Positions 49,429 through 61,915 of a stretch of 64,000 nucleotides of DNA are shown here, piece after piece. The DNA comes from Eledone cirrhosa (lineage: Eukaryota). The translations under genes and the position numbers were made by a program. How positions within the stretch are numbered: position 1 is the first letter of the stretch; each line of letters begins with the position of its first letter. The stretch is from the NCBI GenBank assembly GCA_964016885.1, contig OZ024743.1, forward strand, positions 43,524,001 through 43,588,000, given 5' to 3'. The notes beneath the pieces are model-generated. The model worked only from the letters and a program-made list of their open reading frames with translations. It did no database searches and was not told the DNA's origin.

Positions 49429-49932
49429 ATGGGGCATATATCACAACCCACTTATAACAGGGTACTAAATAGGAATGTAAAAGCTGCACAAAATAGCGCC
49501 TCAAACTGCAACTGTCACCTCCCAGATAGGTGCCCATTGGCGAATAGATGTCTCGATTCGAGCCTGGTGTACATGTGCACTGTCATCTCGGGTAACTCCA
49601 CCTGGAATTACATAGGATCCACCGCGGGTTCTTTTAAGAAAAGATGGTATGTGCACAGGCACTCAATGAAAAATCGAGCACTTCTGGGTTCCACCACCCT
49701 CGCCAGAAAAATATGGGAATTGAAGGACAGCAACGCTAGCTACACTATCAACTGGTCGAAGTTATCGGCTGCTAAAACCTATAGTACAGGGATGTCCTAT
49801 TGCGGGCTGTGTGATCTTGAGCTATTGTATATCCTTAGAAATGTTAAAAGGCTACTTAATAATAAGTTAGAAAGATCTATCTTCTGCAGACATAGAATAG
49901 CCACTAAATTCATAAGATTGAAACCTCCGTGA
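49429..49932 (+). pseudogene. GIY-YIG endonuclease domain of the PLE (frameshifted from the RT)
   Basis: SLVYMC..WNYIGSTAGSFKKRWYVH..LCDLELLYI..LLNNKLERSIFCRH. Confidence 0.85.
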
Positions 49933-50259
49933 ATCGAACCAACATAACATAGCTTTAAATTAGGATACCTACTACCCACAGAAATATATTCATTAAGTAT
50001 ACTATTTCCTTCACAAGTCTATACCACACAATTGTCTGTAAATACCTCATCTACCAACAATCTTACTCCTTCTCAGCTGCTGCAATCATTTGATCCTAGA
50101 TCCTAGTTTCTCTCATTTCACTACTACAATGTTACTTTACCTTCTTTTTGCCATATTACAATTAGCACGCTTTTCTCTTTGCATGTATGTATATTTTTGT
50201 ACGAGTGTATATTGATGTGTATGCATGTGTCTATGTACACATATATGTGTATATATATT

Positions 50260-50291
<32 letters not shown>

Positions 50292-50650
50292 CGTAGATAT
50301 ATGCGTATATTAATTCGTTAACCTCTGTATTAACTCTACAACTATTGAGCTTTGACAGTGGTCCCACTCATGTATACTGTTGAAGATGAAGAGAAAGACT
50401 GTAAAAACTAGCTTATCTTTATAATTTAAAATTGATACACACTACGATACTTTTTGCCTTATGACAGCTGATTTTCACGCCGTAACATTAGATACATTAT
50501 ATACCCCCCACCTAAGTAATGTCAGGGTCTCCTTAAATAGTTTATTGATAGCATTGTGGTAATAATTGTTGTTGTTATTGTTCTAATTGAATGCCATAAC
50601 TACTCCATATTTTCTTTTCTTTTCTTGCCTGTGTATTTTCTTCATTCTCG

Positions 50651-50763
50651 CATGCTCCGAAGATCTGACTGGTTATAATTCTGTATTGGCGATCGAATGA
50701 CGCAAAATTAGGCGGATAGCGATCTCTAGACATACCAGTTCAGTGAAACAAATGTAAGCTATG
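50651..50763 (+). ncRNA. Hammerhead variant (C4 core) with large stem II insertion; mirror copy at 46999-47111 (-)
   Basis: CATGCT-CCGAAGA-T-CTGA-CTGGT..~60 nt..ACCAG-T-TCAG-T-GAAAC-AAAT-GTA^AGCTATG. Confidence 0.7.
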
Positions 50764-50984
50764 TGAATACAAATTTTTTTGTATAGCAAACCATGTAAAC
50801 CTTCTTTCCTGATTTATTATTACTCCAAGTGTTTACAACATTGGAATTACAGCATACCCGCAGCATCACTATGAAAACGCCTTGTTGAGTCAAACCAAGC
50901 CAAGCGTTAATATCATCCACTACCTGGAATACCATAACTGGACTTCACCTAAGTGGACTGCATTTAACTATTATTTGTTAATCC

Positions 50985-51039
<55 letters not shown>

Positions 51040-51583
51040 AAATGACTATAGATGACAAAAAAGAGTCGGAAAAGCTGGAAAGAGCAAATTATATTAGGCA
51101 AAGGAAGAAAGTAGGAAGGTGAGAGAATGACAGACTATGCACCTAGGTCAAAGCGGTGTTTTGTCTGCGCCGCGCAAACAAAATGGCAAAGGCATTTCCG
51201 CAGACGATGACCAGTGACTGCCGTTCCAAAGAAAACAAAACTATAAGAAATCACGTAATTTATTAAACTACATTTCCTGCAATTCCGTCATCTTTATATA
51301 TATGTATCTATGTATGTATGTATTTATATATATATATTCATAGTGAAAATCTCAGTGTATGAATCAAGATTATTTTACGCTATTTATATCGACACGTTAA
51401 AGTAAAGACACACATACGCATACACAGACAAGAAACTAATGTTTGTGCTATTGCATCTCTGGGTTTGCAGTTTTTAATCCTGAGCTACATGTATCTATGT
51501 AACTATATTTATATATATATATATATATCTATATATATTTGTGTGTGTATATATATATATATATATAATATCTATAATATATA

Positions 51584-51626
<43 letters not shown>

Positions 51627-51628
<2 letters not shown>

Positions 51629-52517
51629 AGGAAGTTGTAGTTCACTTGAAGCCTTGTTTCATGAGGTATAAACGTTGGGAGTTGTAAGGCCAACATAATG
51701 CAGGTATGGATATAGAATATAAATGCAAATGCAAAACGATATTGTTGACAACTAGTCTTTTATCTCGAATATATTTAAATATCCTTAATTTTCGAGATAA
51801 TATCTCTTCTTCGGAGGGATGTAAAGGGGTTAATCTAGTGTTCTAATTAGCTTGCCAAATTAGAGACAAAACACAACCACCAATCAATAATAGACTAGAA
51901 CGCAACACCCAATGTTTAACATGATAGAGCACCTAGCCCCACACTTACACCCTCACTATCACGCATACGCACAGGCACACACACACACATACACACGCAC
52001 GCTTACACCTCCACTTACTCTCTCTCACATACAAACATACACACACAAGGACCAGTTTTAACATAACAGATCGTCTAGCCCCCACAATTACGTATATACA
52101 TATCTTCTCTCTCACACACACATACACACGCACACACACACATACACACAGACGCACGCACACACACACACACACACACGCATACTTAAGCCTTCACGTA
52201 TTCTAACACACACTTAAACATATATGTACGAAACCCCTTTTAAACGGAGACTACTCTTTATCCACCTAACCTTCACTCTCTGACATTACAGATAGAATGG
52301 AATCTCTATACCATTTCCTGTCAGCATAACTTGGCAAGCGAATTAGAACACTGTATTAACCCCTTTACTTCCCTCCGAAGAAGAGATATTATCTCGAACA
52401 TTCAGGATATTTAAATATATTTAAGGTAAAAGACTAATTATCAACATCTTTTGCATTTGCATTCATATTCTATATCCATACCTGCATTGTCTTGGCCTTA
52501 CAATTCCAAACGTTCAT
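51627..52517. mobile_element. Family F fold-back: pLTR arm (-) joined to a 5'-truncated copy (+) of the 54025 PLE
   Basis: 51865-51922 encodes the same endonuclease C-terminus (KTQPPINNRLE). HHR-like motifs at ~51783-51817 (-) and ~52372-52406 (+). Confidence 0.85.
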
Positions 52518-52522
52518 ATATA

Positions 52523-52562
<40 letters not shown>

Positions 52563-52596
52563 CATAAACACATGGAGCTCGGGATTAAATACTACA

Positions 52597-52670
<74 letters not shown>

Positions 52671-53131
52671 CTTTTGTCGGTGCGTGTGCATGTATATACA
52701 TACGTATATATATATATACATATATATATCACAAAAGAACGTGCATACCACCTAAAATATATCGGTGATCAAATTCATCAAACAGTTTCTTTCCCTCTTT
52801 CAATATCTGAAGACATGTGGCTGAATATCCATCGGAAATCTGATCGGCATGATAGAAAAATGAGAATTCGGCTCAGAGTGAATAGATTAGAATTACACAC
52901 AGGAAACCACTTTCTACGTAACCTTATTTATTTATTTTTCATGCTGATCTCCATGTTGTCGTAAAAACTGAGAGCGTCTCTTTATATATATATATGTGTG
53001 TTTCTGGGCGGGAGGGGGGGGCGTGTCTCTCTGTGTATGTGTCTATGTGTGTGATATGTGTGTGTACACACATGTATATAATATATATATATATATGTAA
53101 CACAAAATAAGAAGTACCTATAAAGTTGTGT

Positions 53132-53177
<46 letters not shown>

Positions 53178-53366
53178 TGTGTGTGTGTATATGTGTTTGT
53201 ATGTATATGTGTATACGTGTGTGCATGTGTGCGTGCGTATGTGTGTGTGTAAATAGACACAAAACAGGCTTTGTTTAAGAAACTACTTCTATATTGCCGT
53301 ATACTGCGTAAGCACATGTTACTACCTAATTTATATATATATGTATGTATATATATTGTATATATA

Positions 53367-53436
<70 letters not shown>

Positions 53437-53489
53437 ATATACTGTATATATATATATTATAAACATATATATATATATATATATATATA

Positions 53490-53962
53490 TGGAGGAGGTT
53501 ATAGTTCACTTGAAGCATTGTGTAATGAGGTATACACGTTTGTATATGTATAATAAAGCCAAAACAATGCAGGTATTGACATAGAATAAACAATGCAAAT
53601 GCAAAAGATATTATTGCCAATTAGTCTTTTACCTTAGATTTATTTAAATGTCCTTAATTTTCGAGATAATATCTCTTCTTCGGAGGGAAGTAAAGCGGTT
53701 AAACCAGTGTTCTATATAGCTTACCAAGTCATGCTGACAGAAAATGGTATAGAGTATCAGATACTCTATACCATTTCCTGTCAGCATGACTTGGCAAGCT
53801 ATTTAGAACACTGGTTTAACCGCTTTATTATCTCGAAAATTAAGGACATTTAAAATAAATCTAAGGTAAAAAAAAATAATTGGCCACACTATCTTTTGCA
53901 TTTGCGTTCTTTATTCTATGTCCATAGCTGCACTGTTTTGGCTTTATTATACATATACAAAC

Positions 53963-53966
<4 letters not shown>
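53490..53966. mobile_element. Family F pLTR fold-back (centre 53759)
   Basis: AAATGGTATAGAGTAT-CAG-ATACTCTATACCATTT; arms end in (TA)n. Confidence 0.85.
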
Positions 53967-54028
<62 letters not shown>

Positions 54029-54143
54029 GTTTGTATATGTATAATAAAGCCAAAACAGTGCAGGTATGGACATAGAATAAAGAATGCAAATACAAAAGAT
54101 ATTGTTGCCAACTAGTCTTTTACCTTAGATTTATTTTAAATGT

Positions 54144-54178
54144 CCTTAATTTTCGAGATAATATCTCTTCTTCAGAGG
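54144..54178 (-). ncRNA. Minimal hammerhead ribozyme, family F
   Basis: CCT-CTGAAGA-A-GAGATA(T)TATCTC-GAAA-AT-TA^AGG; helix III is reduced to the palindrome AATT. Confidence 0.65.
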
Positions 54179-55039
54179 GAAATAAAGGTCTCAAACCAGC
54201 GTTCTAAATAACTTGCCAAGCCATGCTGACTGGAAATAGTATAGAGTATATGTTCTATCTCTAATTTCATAGAGTTAAAATTAGGTGGATAAAGAGTAGT
54301 CTCACTTTAAAAGGGGTTTGTGTAGGTTGTTTTTTTATATACATGCCTGTTTAAGTGTGTGGGAGAATGCATGAAGGTGTAAGTATGTGAGTGTTTGTGT
54401 GTGAGTGTGAGAAGATAAGTCTATTCATAAATGTGGGGGATAGGTGTTATCTGGTGTTAGAACTGGTTTTGTGTGTGTATGTGTGAGAGAGAATAAGTGG
54501 AGGTGTAACCGTGTGTGGGTGTGTGTGTGTGGGGGGGGGGTTAATATGGGGCGAGAAGCCCTATCAGGTTATAAATTGGGTGTTGAGTTCTAGTCTATTA
54601 TTGATTGGTGGTTGTGTTTTATCTATAATTAATGCTTCCTTAATTCTAAGATTGCCGAGGTTTCTTTCCTTAGTTTCTATCCTAACTGTTATGGTTTTGT
54701 CGGTGTTTTTGCATTTAACTAGGGGTTTCTTAAATGAGGAAGCGTTAGTATTGAGGTGTTCTTTTATTCTTATGTGGAGTGGTCTGATGGTGCTACCTAC
54801 GTAGAAGTTGTTGCATTTGTCACACTCTAGTCTGTATACGACGTAAGCATGGTGGCATAGGTTTGTGTCGTTGATGGGGCAGTTGGCTATTGTGCAGCAG
54901 TTGTCATGTCTGGTGGAGTGTCTTTTGGTTAGCTCTCCGCCTAGAGAAGGACCTGAGTGGGCCAGTTGGATATCTTGTCCCTCTCGTCTGATGGCTCTGC
55001 GGATGGCTGTTGTTGTTTCTTCACTGAAGTGTGGGAGCT

Positions 55040-56389
55040 TCAGGAAGCAAGTGTTAGTGCCAGTTCGTTCCTTATGTATCCGAACTTGGCACCGAGTGGG
55101 AGGGCCGATCTGAAATGTACGAACAGGTCCCTGCTGGCGGCTTTTTTATAGAAGCAGGTGTGGATGTTGCCTTCCTCTGTTACCCTGAATTGGAAGTCCA
55201 GTAGGGATAGGGATCCGCGGTCATCGGTGTGTTCCATGCTGAACTTTATACTGGCGTCCATGCTGGAGAATGTTGTATATATTTTATCTGCCTCCTCACG
55301 GGATGATGTAAGGATGAGTATGTCATCTACATATCGGGTGAAGAAGGCATGGGAATGGCAAGTGTTGAGGGCTCGGCATTCTAGCTGGTTCATGTAGGTG
55401 ATGGCCAGCAGGCCCGATAGGCTGGATCCCATGGGTAATCCTGTTGTCTGTCTGTATGTGTAGTGGTGGAAGGTGAAGTACGTGTTGTCTACTGTGAAGG
55501 ATAAAAGCTGGTGTATGTCCGTCGGGTGGAGGCCGTAGTAGTGGATGTCCTCTGCGACCACGCAGTCCGTCAATAAATCGACAGCTGGATGAGCGGGGAC
55601 TGTAGTGTAGAGGGAGACAACGTCGAGGCTAAAAGCGTATTTATTTAGTTTAAGTTGTTCTGGCTGGAGTTGGTGTAGTCTACGTATAACTTCGTCGGAG
55701 CGACTGACATGCCCGGGAAAGGTGGAGAGTAGAGGCTCGAGGACCTGGGAGAGGAGCCTGGAAATTTTGTATAGGGGTCCTTCTATGCTAGAGACGATGG
55801 GTCTTATTTGCGTATTAGTACTATTCTTGTGGGTCTTGATGAGGTGGTAGAAAGTGGGCAGTTTGCTATTTCTAGTGGTGTAGTTGAGCTTAACTTTATT
55901 TGGGAGTTGTCTTCTCCTACAGATATCGAACCAAATGGAGTTGGTCTGTTTTTCGATCTGGGCTGCAGTCATGTCCGGGATCTCTGTGTATAATTCACTG
56001 TCGTTTAGGTGTTCAAAGGCTAGGTTATTGTATGTGGCTTGAGAGATTACGCAAAACTCTTTACCTTTGTCGGATGGTAAGTATATAAGTTCCCTATTCT
56101 GTAGGTTCTTCAGGGCGAGTTGTTGTGTTCTGGAGAGGTTTGGAGCTATCTTCTTATGTTTCCGTAAGATGTTAAATACGGAATGTTTTAGTCTCGAGAG
56201 TTCTTCTTCAAGCTCGCGGTTGACAGGCAGTGGACAGAGTGGGCGATCTTGTTGGTATATCGGGAATCTGGGTTTGATGGATTCCGTGGTGTTGTTGTCG
56301 AGAGTCGATATCCATTTTAGTTGGTAGGCAGCCCGACAGAAATTCGTTTCTATGTCGAGCCATAATTTGTCGTCCAGTCTCTGTTTCAA
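55040..56389 (-). pseudogene. PLE reverse transcriptase (449-aa open segment, frameshifted before the endonuclease)
   Basis: PSDKG, LPTFYHLIKTHK, IRPIVS, FSLDVVSLYT, YRQTTGLPMGSSLS, RYVDD, LSLLD. Confidence 0.93.
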
Positions 56390-56622
56390 TATGAACTTGG
56401 GACCCAGGCTGAAGAAGAGATATCTCGAAAGTTAAGGACATTTAAAATAAATCTAAGGTAAAAGACGAATTGTCAACAATATCTTTTGCAATTGCATTCT
56501 ATTTTCTATGTTCATACCTGCATTGTTTTGGCTTTATTATACATATTCAAAAGTGTATACCTCATTACATAATGCTTCAAGTGAACTATAACCTCCTCCT
56601 ATATCTATATCTATATATATAT

Positions 56623-56751
<129 letters not shown>

Positions 56752-56896
56752 ATTTATGTAGTTTATACTGTTTTCCCTTCTATTATTTTGTATCCACTGC
56801 ATTATATTCGGATTGTTTCATTTTTTCTTCTACAATTCTCATTCGAAGCTGTTCACTATGTTCATTATTTTGCTAATATATTTGTATTATTATATT

Positions 56897-57088
56897 TCGG
56901 TGGATTGGCAGCATCGGTAGAGAGTCAGACGCCATGCATTGACTCATAGAATTACAGCCCTTAAAATTCTGAGTTCAAAACCCGCCGAGGTTAACTTTGC
57001 CTTTCATCCTTACGGGGTCGATAAAATAAAGTACCAGTAATGCACTGGGTAATTACTGGCCTTGTGCCCAATGTAGAAACAATTATTA
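56897..57088 (+). mobile_element. Full-length tRNA-derived SINE
   Basis: A-box TGGCAGCATCGGTA, B-box GAGTTCAAAACCC, plus core and tail. Confidence 0.9.
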
Positions 57089-57450
57089 TATTTCTTTTAT
57101 ATTTTGATTTACTTCCTTTTCGTCCGCAGGTATAACTAACGTCGTATGTTACTTCCACATTGGCTATATTGCCATAACTGTTTACCTAAGTCATTCAATG
57201 TATTTTATATAAATGAGTCAATGCATCATCATGTTTTTTATTCACAATCATTGCGTTTTGTACATATATGATGAACTTTTCTAATACATACCGACAACAC
57301 ACATTATCTTAATCTATATTTCATCTTGAATATCATAATGCTAATATTAATGTATATTAAAATATAAATCTAGACAATCAATAATTTACTATCATCGGTT
57401 TCCTTTAAATGTCTTTTTTAGTTTAAATATATATATATATATATATATAT

Positions 57451-58171
57451 ACATTATGAAGAGAGAAGAAACATTTAGATATAATTAGTAATAAAATGTA
57501 TCATACCTAAACTGTTCCTAAATTCCTCGACTACGTAGTTTCGTGGCATAAACAAAAACAATATATCAAAGATATAGAGTCCTTGCGAGGTCTGCCGACT
57601 TATCAAGAGGATACCTCATTTTACTAGTCTCAAGAACGCGTCTACACGACGTGAGAAAGAATCCCAAAAGGCGGAGGGGGAGATAGTCACGCGATATAAC
57701 GGTCGAGAAACAGAGCTAAGCCTCTTATAACCACGAAGAAAATACCACGGAGGCGGAGGGGGTATTCATATCGAGGCCGTAGAAGAGGTAGTGAAGAAGG
57801 CGAGAAGTATGAGTAATGGAAGCTTTCCAGTTGTCCCCACACTTCAAAGATTGCTCGACCAGAGGGAGTTATTAATATATTTAGAAACACACAGATACAT
57901 GCGGACACACACATATATACATGAATGCATCCGCACCCAACTGTGAGTTAAGGGTGCCAACTTCACCGATGTTGCTCAATGAATGACTGGGACAGACCAA
58001 TTCAGTTTGAACCAGACTGAACCAGTATCAGAGTTAAAAATACATTATGAAGAGAGAAGAAACATTTAGATATAATTAGTAATAAAATGTATCATACCTA
58101 AACTGTTCCTAAATTCCTCGACTACGTAGTTTCGTGGCATAAACAAAAACAATATATCAAAGATATAGAGT

Positions 58172-58175
<4 letters not shown>
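57451..58175 (-). mobile_element. Family L ORF-less 591-bp monomer plus 134-bp identical tandem repeat, in (TA)n
   Basis: 57451-57584 is identical to 58042-58175; HHR at 57524-57611. Confidence 0.8.
57524..57611 (-). ncRNA. Hammerhead ribozyme, U3-A8 variant, large loop II (family L)
   Basis: TCCTC-TTGATAA-GT(C)GGCA..~45 nt..TGCCAC-GAAAC-TACGTA-GTC^GAGGA. Confidence 0.8.
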
Positions 58176-58202
<27 letters not shown>

Positions 58203-58207
<5 letters not shown>

Positions 58208-58520
58208 ATATCAAATAAATAGAAACTATATTTATAAAACCATATTTATTCTATTATATATATTTCAAGGTTACCAAAACTTTGGTACGCTCACATCTGA
58301 TAAAATACAAAGTTTGTGTTGTAAATATTGACACATCCAGGAAGTAAATCTTAACGTTTCAGGTCTTTTCATCTTCTTCCGGAATATGTCAATATTTATT
58401 AAACAAACTTTGTATTATATCTGATGAGGGCGTACCAAAATGTTGGTACACTTTAAATATATATAATAGAACAAATATGGTTTTATAAATATAGTTTCCA
58501 TATAATTTAATATCATTGAA
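58203..58520. mobile_element. Family K diverged fold-back; consensus of the two arms forms an HHR
   Basis: Arms 58203-58344 and 58375-58518. The right arm keeps CTGATGA (58421); the left arm keeps GAAA. Confidence 0.65.
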
Positions 58521-58609
58521 TATTATACTCCAAAAAATTGTCGTGTGCTTCGAATCAGTTATAAACATATATATTTGTTGAATTACCAGCAAATTAATTA
58601 TCCCCTTTG

Positions 58610-58713
<104 letters not shown>

Positions 58714-58714
58714 C

Positions 58715-58746
<32 letters not shown>

Positions 58747-58774
58747 ATATGTATGTATATATATATATATATAC

Positions 58775-59143
58775 ATCCGGGAGAGATGACCCCTTAGCCT
58801 TTGTCAGAGCAGAATTCTAGGAGAAGGAAAACTCTGATATAACACCTGCAACCCTGATAGTATCCAATGATGTTGACTTGTTCTTCTTTTTGGTAAATAT
58901 CATCTTGGTTAAGAGAGTGGGACTGGCTTTGTGCAGTGCCTTTGCTCACTATAAAAGCTTCACGGCACAGGCATTGCTTTATATCTGGAGATCTCTTTGC
59001 TCTTGTTGTTACATGGTACCAGCACTATGTGTCAATAATTGTCACAAGTGTAGTGTTTGTACCAGAGTTTACAAGTTGCTGGCTGGGGTTCTCCTACATG
59101 GATATAAAGTAGTGGCCGTACTCGAAAACGAGTTGGCAGCCAC
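58775..59143. mobile_element. Probable LINE (RTE-like) UTR-derived repeat fragment between (TA)n tracts
   Basis: GC-richer insert with an AGGAGAAGGAAAACTCTG motif reminiscent of RTE 5' UTRs; no ORF. Confidence 0.35.
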
Positions 59144-59172
59144 CATATATATACATATACATATACATTTAT

Positions 59173-59203
<31 letters not shown>

Positions 59204-59225
59204 CATATATATATACATATATATA

Positions 59226-59301
<76 letters not shown>

Positions 59302-59308
59302 GAAAGAT

Positions 59309-59350
<42 letters not shown>

Positions 59351-59354
59351 AGAT

Positions 59355-59446
<92 letters not shown>

Positions 59447-59658
59447 GTTAAAGTGTACATCTACATATGTATACGGAAGTATTAGTATGCATATAAATAC
59501 ACACATGTATACATATGTACATGTACTCAGTTTTTCACTAGACACTTTACAGTGAGTGTCAGCTAGTCTGTATGTGACCACACAGACGAACCGGGTTTTA
59601 GAGTCATACGAGTTTTCAAGGAAACACATTTCCTCTATTCTCCAGAGGGCCAGACAGG

Positions 59659-59703
59659 AATATTGGACTAGTTTCGATGTTGTTACATCTCATCAGCAAT
59701 ATT
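59659..59703 (-). ncRNA. Hammerhead ribozyme, family A
   Basis: AATATTG-CTGATGA-GATG(TAACAA)CATC-GAAAC-TA-GTC^CAATATT. Confidence 0.95.
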
Positions 59704-60136
59704 TACCCATCTTCCGGCTTCTCTGGAGAATTGTAAAAGCACATATCGTTATATGCTTTTTCTATGAAAATTAGTAGTGGGTAGACCAATTTGCATAGAA
59801 CGTGAGTCATTGTACGCACCGGTTCAGCGGAAACGATAAAAACAAATAACGAAACGAAATTAAATTTCGTTTCGCTTCTAACTCACTTTTGTATGACTGA
59901 CGCTTAAACAATTAAATTAAAGTGTACATCTACATATGTATACGGAAGTATTAGTATGCATATAAATACACACATGTATACATATGTACATGTACTCAGT
60001 TTTTCACTAGATACTTTACAGTGAGTGTCAGCTAGTCTGTATGTGACCACACAGACGAACCGGGTTTTAGAGTCATACGAGTTATACGAGTTTTCAAGGA
60101 AACACATTTCTTCTATTCTCCAGAGGGCCAGACAGG

Positions 60137-60181
60137 AATATTGGACTAGTTTCGATGTTGTTACATCTCATCAGCAATATT
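60137..60181 (-). ncRNA. Hammerhead ribozyme, family A (second tandem copy)
   Basis: Identical to 59659-59703. Confidence 0.95.
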
Positions 60182-60285
60182 TACCCATCTTCCGGCTTCT
60201 CTGGAGAATTGTAAAAGCACATATCGTTATATGCTTTTTCTATGAAAATTAGTAGTGGGTAGACCAATTTGCATAGAACGTGAGT

Positions 60286-60360
<75 letters not shown>

Positions 60361-60365
<5 letters not shown>

Positions 60366-61092
60366 AAATTTGAATGGATACAGTTTAGTTGAAAGGAATT
60401 TATTAACACGTGTTTCTGTAACAGTTACATAACCTGAAAACAGCTGCTATCTACAATAGTTTTAGTTATGCAGACATTCAATATTTCAATGTTATTATTT
60501 ACTGTCATTTCATCAGAATAATATTATTGAGGACCTATTTGGCTTTTATACAAAATATTTGGAGGGAGGGGTGAAGTTGTTAGAAGAATAGTTGAGGGAG
60601 TGGTTTGTTGATAGCAGTGAGAATTTTTTGGTGGCAGTGAGTAATTAGATTCCCATCTGTTGTTTTGATATTTTTATAGAATATATTATTGGTTATTTTT
60701 CTAAATTTATAGAAGGATTAGAGATAGTAAAGATATGCGTGGTTGGTTTTGTGTTTGCACTTAATTAACATTCAGACTTAAATTTTTCTTTCAAGTGTAC
60801 GTATCCTTTCACCCACGCATTCACACACAAATATATTTGCACACCTCTACAAAATACATATACTCACATTCACATATTCATACTTACATACATATACACA
60901 TGCATACATATATATATACACACATGTATTCATGTACATACATACGCGTTCATGTGTATACATTTTCATACTCAACTTATCTTTATATACACACGCATAG
61001 ACACACACATATATACATACATACTCTAGTCTATGTGTACACATATACATATACATACACATCTATACATATATATATATATATATACACAC

Positions 61093-61125
<33 letters not shown>

Positions 61126-61622
61126 AGCACTTTAATACATGAATACACTTACATCCTACTATACACATCAAACATATATATATATTTACTTATTTATATA
61201 CATGTTCACATATATATAATACTTATGGACGTTTTTAGACACATTCATTATCGCATATTTGCACCTATTTTCATCAGCATATCTTTCCATTATTAGTGTG
61301 GTAATTTAAGGTTATTAATATATGTTGAGAAGAGATTGTTTTTATATTTTTCTAACTAGAATGAGGTTTATATAGTTGGGGGGATGTCCCTCTTTTATGT
61401 AATATTCGGCTTGTAGTGGGAAAAAAGGGTTTTAGTTCTGTGACGGCAGAATAATGTTCGTTCAATTCTGTTATTCAGCAATTTCTTCTTGGAAATATCA
61501 AGGGAAGAAACTGGAAATAATGACGAATAAGTTATATGATATTTGTAAATAAAATATAACCGTTACATTCTCCCCTCAGTGTTAATTATACCTCAAAAAG
61601 CAAGATTTCGTGTGGGTAGAAC
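60361..61622 (-). mobile_element. PLE 3' fragment (endonuclease C-terminus and pLTR)
   Basis: Minus frame KKLLNNRIERTLFCRHRTK (~61430-61490) matches the C-terminus of ORF 49429; HHR at 60400-60521. Confidence 0.75.
60400..60521 (-). ncRNA. Hammerhead ribozyme with long stem II extension
   Basis: TTATT-CTGATGA-AA-TGACAGT..TGCATAAC..GTTATGTA-ACTGTTA-CA-GAAAC-ACGT-GTT^AATAA. Confidence 0.75.
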
Positions 61623-61673
<51 letters not shown>

Positions 61674-61677
<4 letters not shown>

Positions 61678-61816
61678 AAGTATGACCCCGACGGCAGAGC
61701 TCAACCCGTTTCTACGGCTTTTTCTGGACCTTTTTCCTATTACCCACTCTACTACCCTAAGTATTGAGTACTCTGATGCGTTACGGTCCATCTGGTTCCT
61801 TACCACAACTCCTTCG

Positions 61817-61818
<2 letters not shown>
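61674..61818. mobile_element. Family D: head arm (-) joined to tail arm (+)
   Basis: Minus arm ends at TCTGGAC (61729), followed by CCTATTACCCACTCTACTACC..CCTTCGTTATA. Confidence 0.8.

Positions 61819-61915
<97 letters not shown>

Larger units (their letters stand above)
54025..56599 (-). mobile_element. Penelope-like element (family F), 5'-truncated, with inverted pLTR at 56409-56599
   Basis: RT ORF at 55040-56389; GIY-YIG VVYRLECDKCNNFYVGSTIRPLHIRIKEH at ~54750-54850; pLTR with HHR at 54144-54178. Confidence 0.95.
59441..60291 (-). mobile_element. Family A: ~1.8 tandem 469-bp monomers with two HHRs, in (TA)n
   Basis: Unit restarts at 59910; HHRs at 59659-59703 and 60137-60181. Confidence 0.9.
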
